Below are positions 62,786 to 64,000 of a stretch of DNA of 64,000 bases, in pieces. Within the stretch, counting starts at the first letter, position 1. The number at the start of each line of letters is the position of its first letter. Made by a program: the position numbers and the translations under genes. The notes under the pieces are model-generated. The model was not told the origin of the DNA, ran no database searches, and saw only the letters and a list, made by a program, of their open reading frames with translations. The stretch lies in NCBI RefSeq assembly GCF_018350175.1, contig NC_058368.1, positions 204,354,001-204,418,000 on the forward strand, given 5' to 3'. This DNA comes from Felis catus (Eukaryota).

Positions 62786-64000
62786 CTAAAATACACTTAA
62801 AATAATGAGAGGAATTAAAATGTTACACTAGAAAATATTCACTTAATGCAGACTACCCAGCCAGCTGCCTCCAAATCTTTTTCCATAACTACCTCGACCA
62901 TGTTTTGGATTAAATATCCTTCTGCTCCCAGACCATTCATGTTCTCTTTTCGGCCATTTATATCTCTACCTGTAACTTCCATTCCTGTTCACATTCTTAA
63001 TAGCTATCTCCCCTTTCTTGCCTACAGGTCTTTGCCCAGACTGTCTAAATGCATAGAATAAAGAATTATGCAATCCTGGAATGTTAGAAATGGAAGACAT
63101 CTCCATGCTCTTCTCTCCCACCTCTTCATTTCAGAGATGAGAGGACAAAGGCCCAGAGAGGTTATATGACTTGTCCATGGTCTCCAAAATACTTTGTCCT
63201 TGCTCACCTTCCCCCAAAAGCCCTCTTTAATTAAGCAAATGTTTCCTTATCTTTCTACCCAACTTCTGATACTTTACCGCATTACTCACAGGTATCAAAT
63301 GCATTGATTACAAGACATCATTCACATTTAAACTCAAATCTTGCATACCAGAGGATAAAAGCAATTCTTTGATCTCTGTAGCCACTACATCTGCTCTCAG
63401 CTGCTGCAGCTTTTCATTTGTTGTTACGAGGAACAATTCAAAATTCACGGGAGGCTGGCTCCTATGAGCTCCAAGTTGACTCCTGGCTTGGACAGCCTGG
63501 AGAAGACATAGGGATCAACTCCCTGCCTGGTTTCCATAAAGGACACCCCCTCAACTCACCTCACAGAGAACCATTCCTAAGGTCTTCATAAAAGAGCACT
63601 TTAGTGCATATAAAATATGGCATCTCTACATTTTTAAATGCTCTCAGGAAAGAAAATGGTAACAAAGGGCATTTACATTTCTTTATCCATTTATACCTAG
63701 AGGTATACCAGGATCAAAGACTAAGTTGCTTTTTAAAAAACAAATAAGTATTCATCTTGATGGGAAACAGAAAAGCTTCTAGGGGGGCAGGAAATTCATA
63801 AATCATGCAGTCATTCTGGACTTTACATGAAGAGAAAATACATCAAAACCCCACTGGCCTTTCATCTGAAGGGAGCCTGATATATAATGATGTAAATCCA
63901 TTAATGAACATGAGTTGTGGAGTCAAAAATCACACAGGCCTACCTGGCTTGGAAAAGCAAAATAAACTGCTCTGAAAAACAGTATGGAGGTTCCTCAAAA

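Overview
This is mammalian genomic DNA. The dense carnivore tRNA-derived Can-SINEs, including young feline-type copies, point to a felid (probably cat). Two convergent protein-coding genes can be rebuilt exon by exon. HMGCS1 (cytosolic HMG-CoA synthase) is on +, with 9 coding exons at 2000-9762 giving 1563 nt = 520 aa; its promoter and first exon(s) lie upstream of the window. NIM1K (AMPK-related Ser/Thr kinase) is on -, with 3 coding exons at 37168->19581 giving 1311 nt = 436 aa; its long, uORF-rich 5'UTR segment begins at an acceptor at 37904 and its first exon is probably beyond 64000. Between the two 3' ends is a decayed but apparently two-LTR ancient ERV-L provirus. The rest is intron filled with Can-SINE, L1, L2, LTR, DNA-transposon and microsatellite sequence. 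I see no evidence for a new multi-gene system. The best leads are a polybasic-plus-CaaL tail on NIM1K next to a mevalonate-pathway gene, the NIM1K uORF/start-stop leader, a TSD-bracketed composite SINE insertion carrying extra sequence, and a local duplication coupled to a fold-back palindrome. Repeat family names and boundaries are assigned by eye and are approximate.
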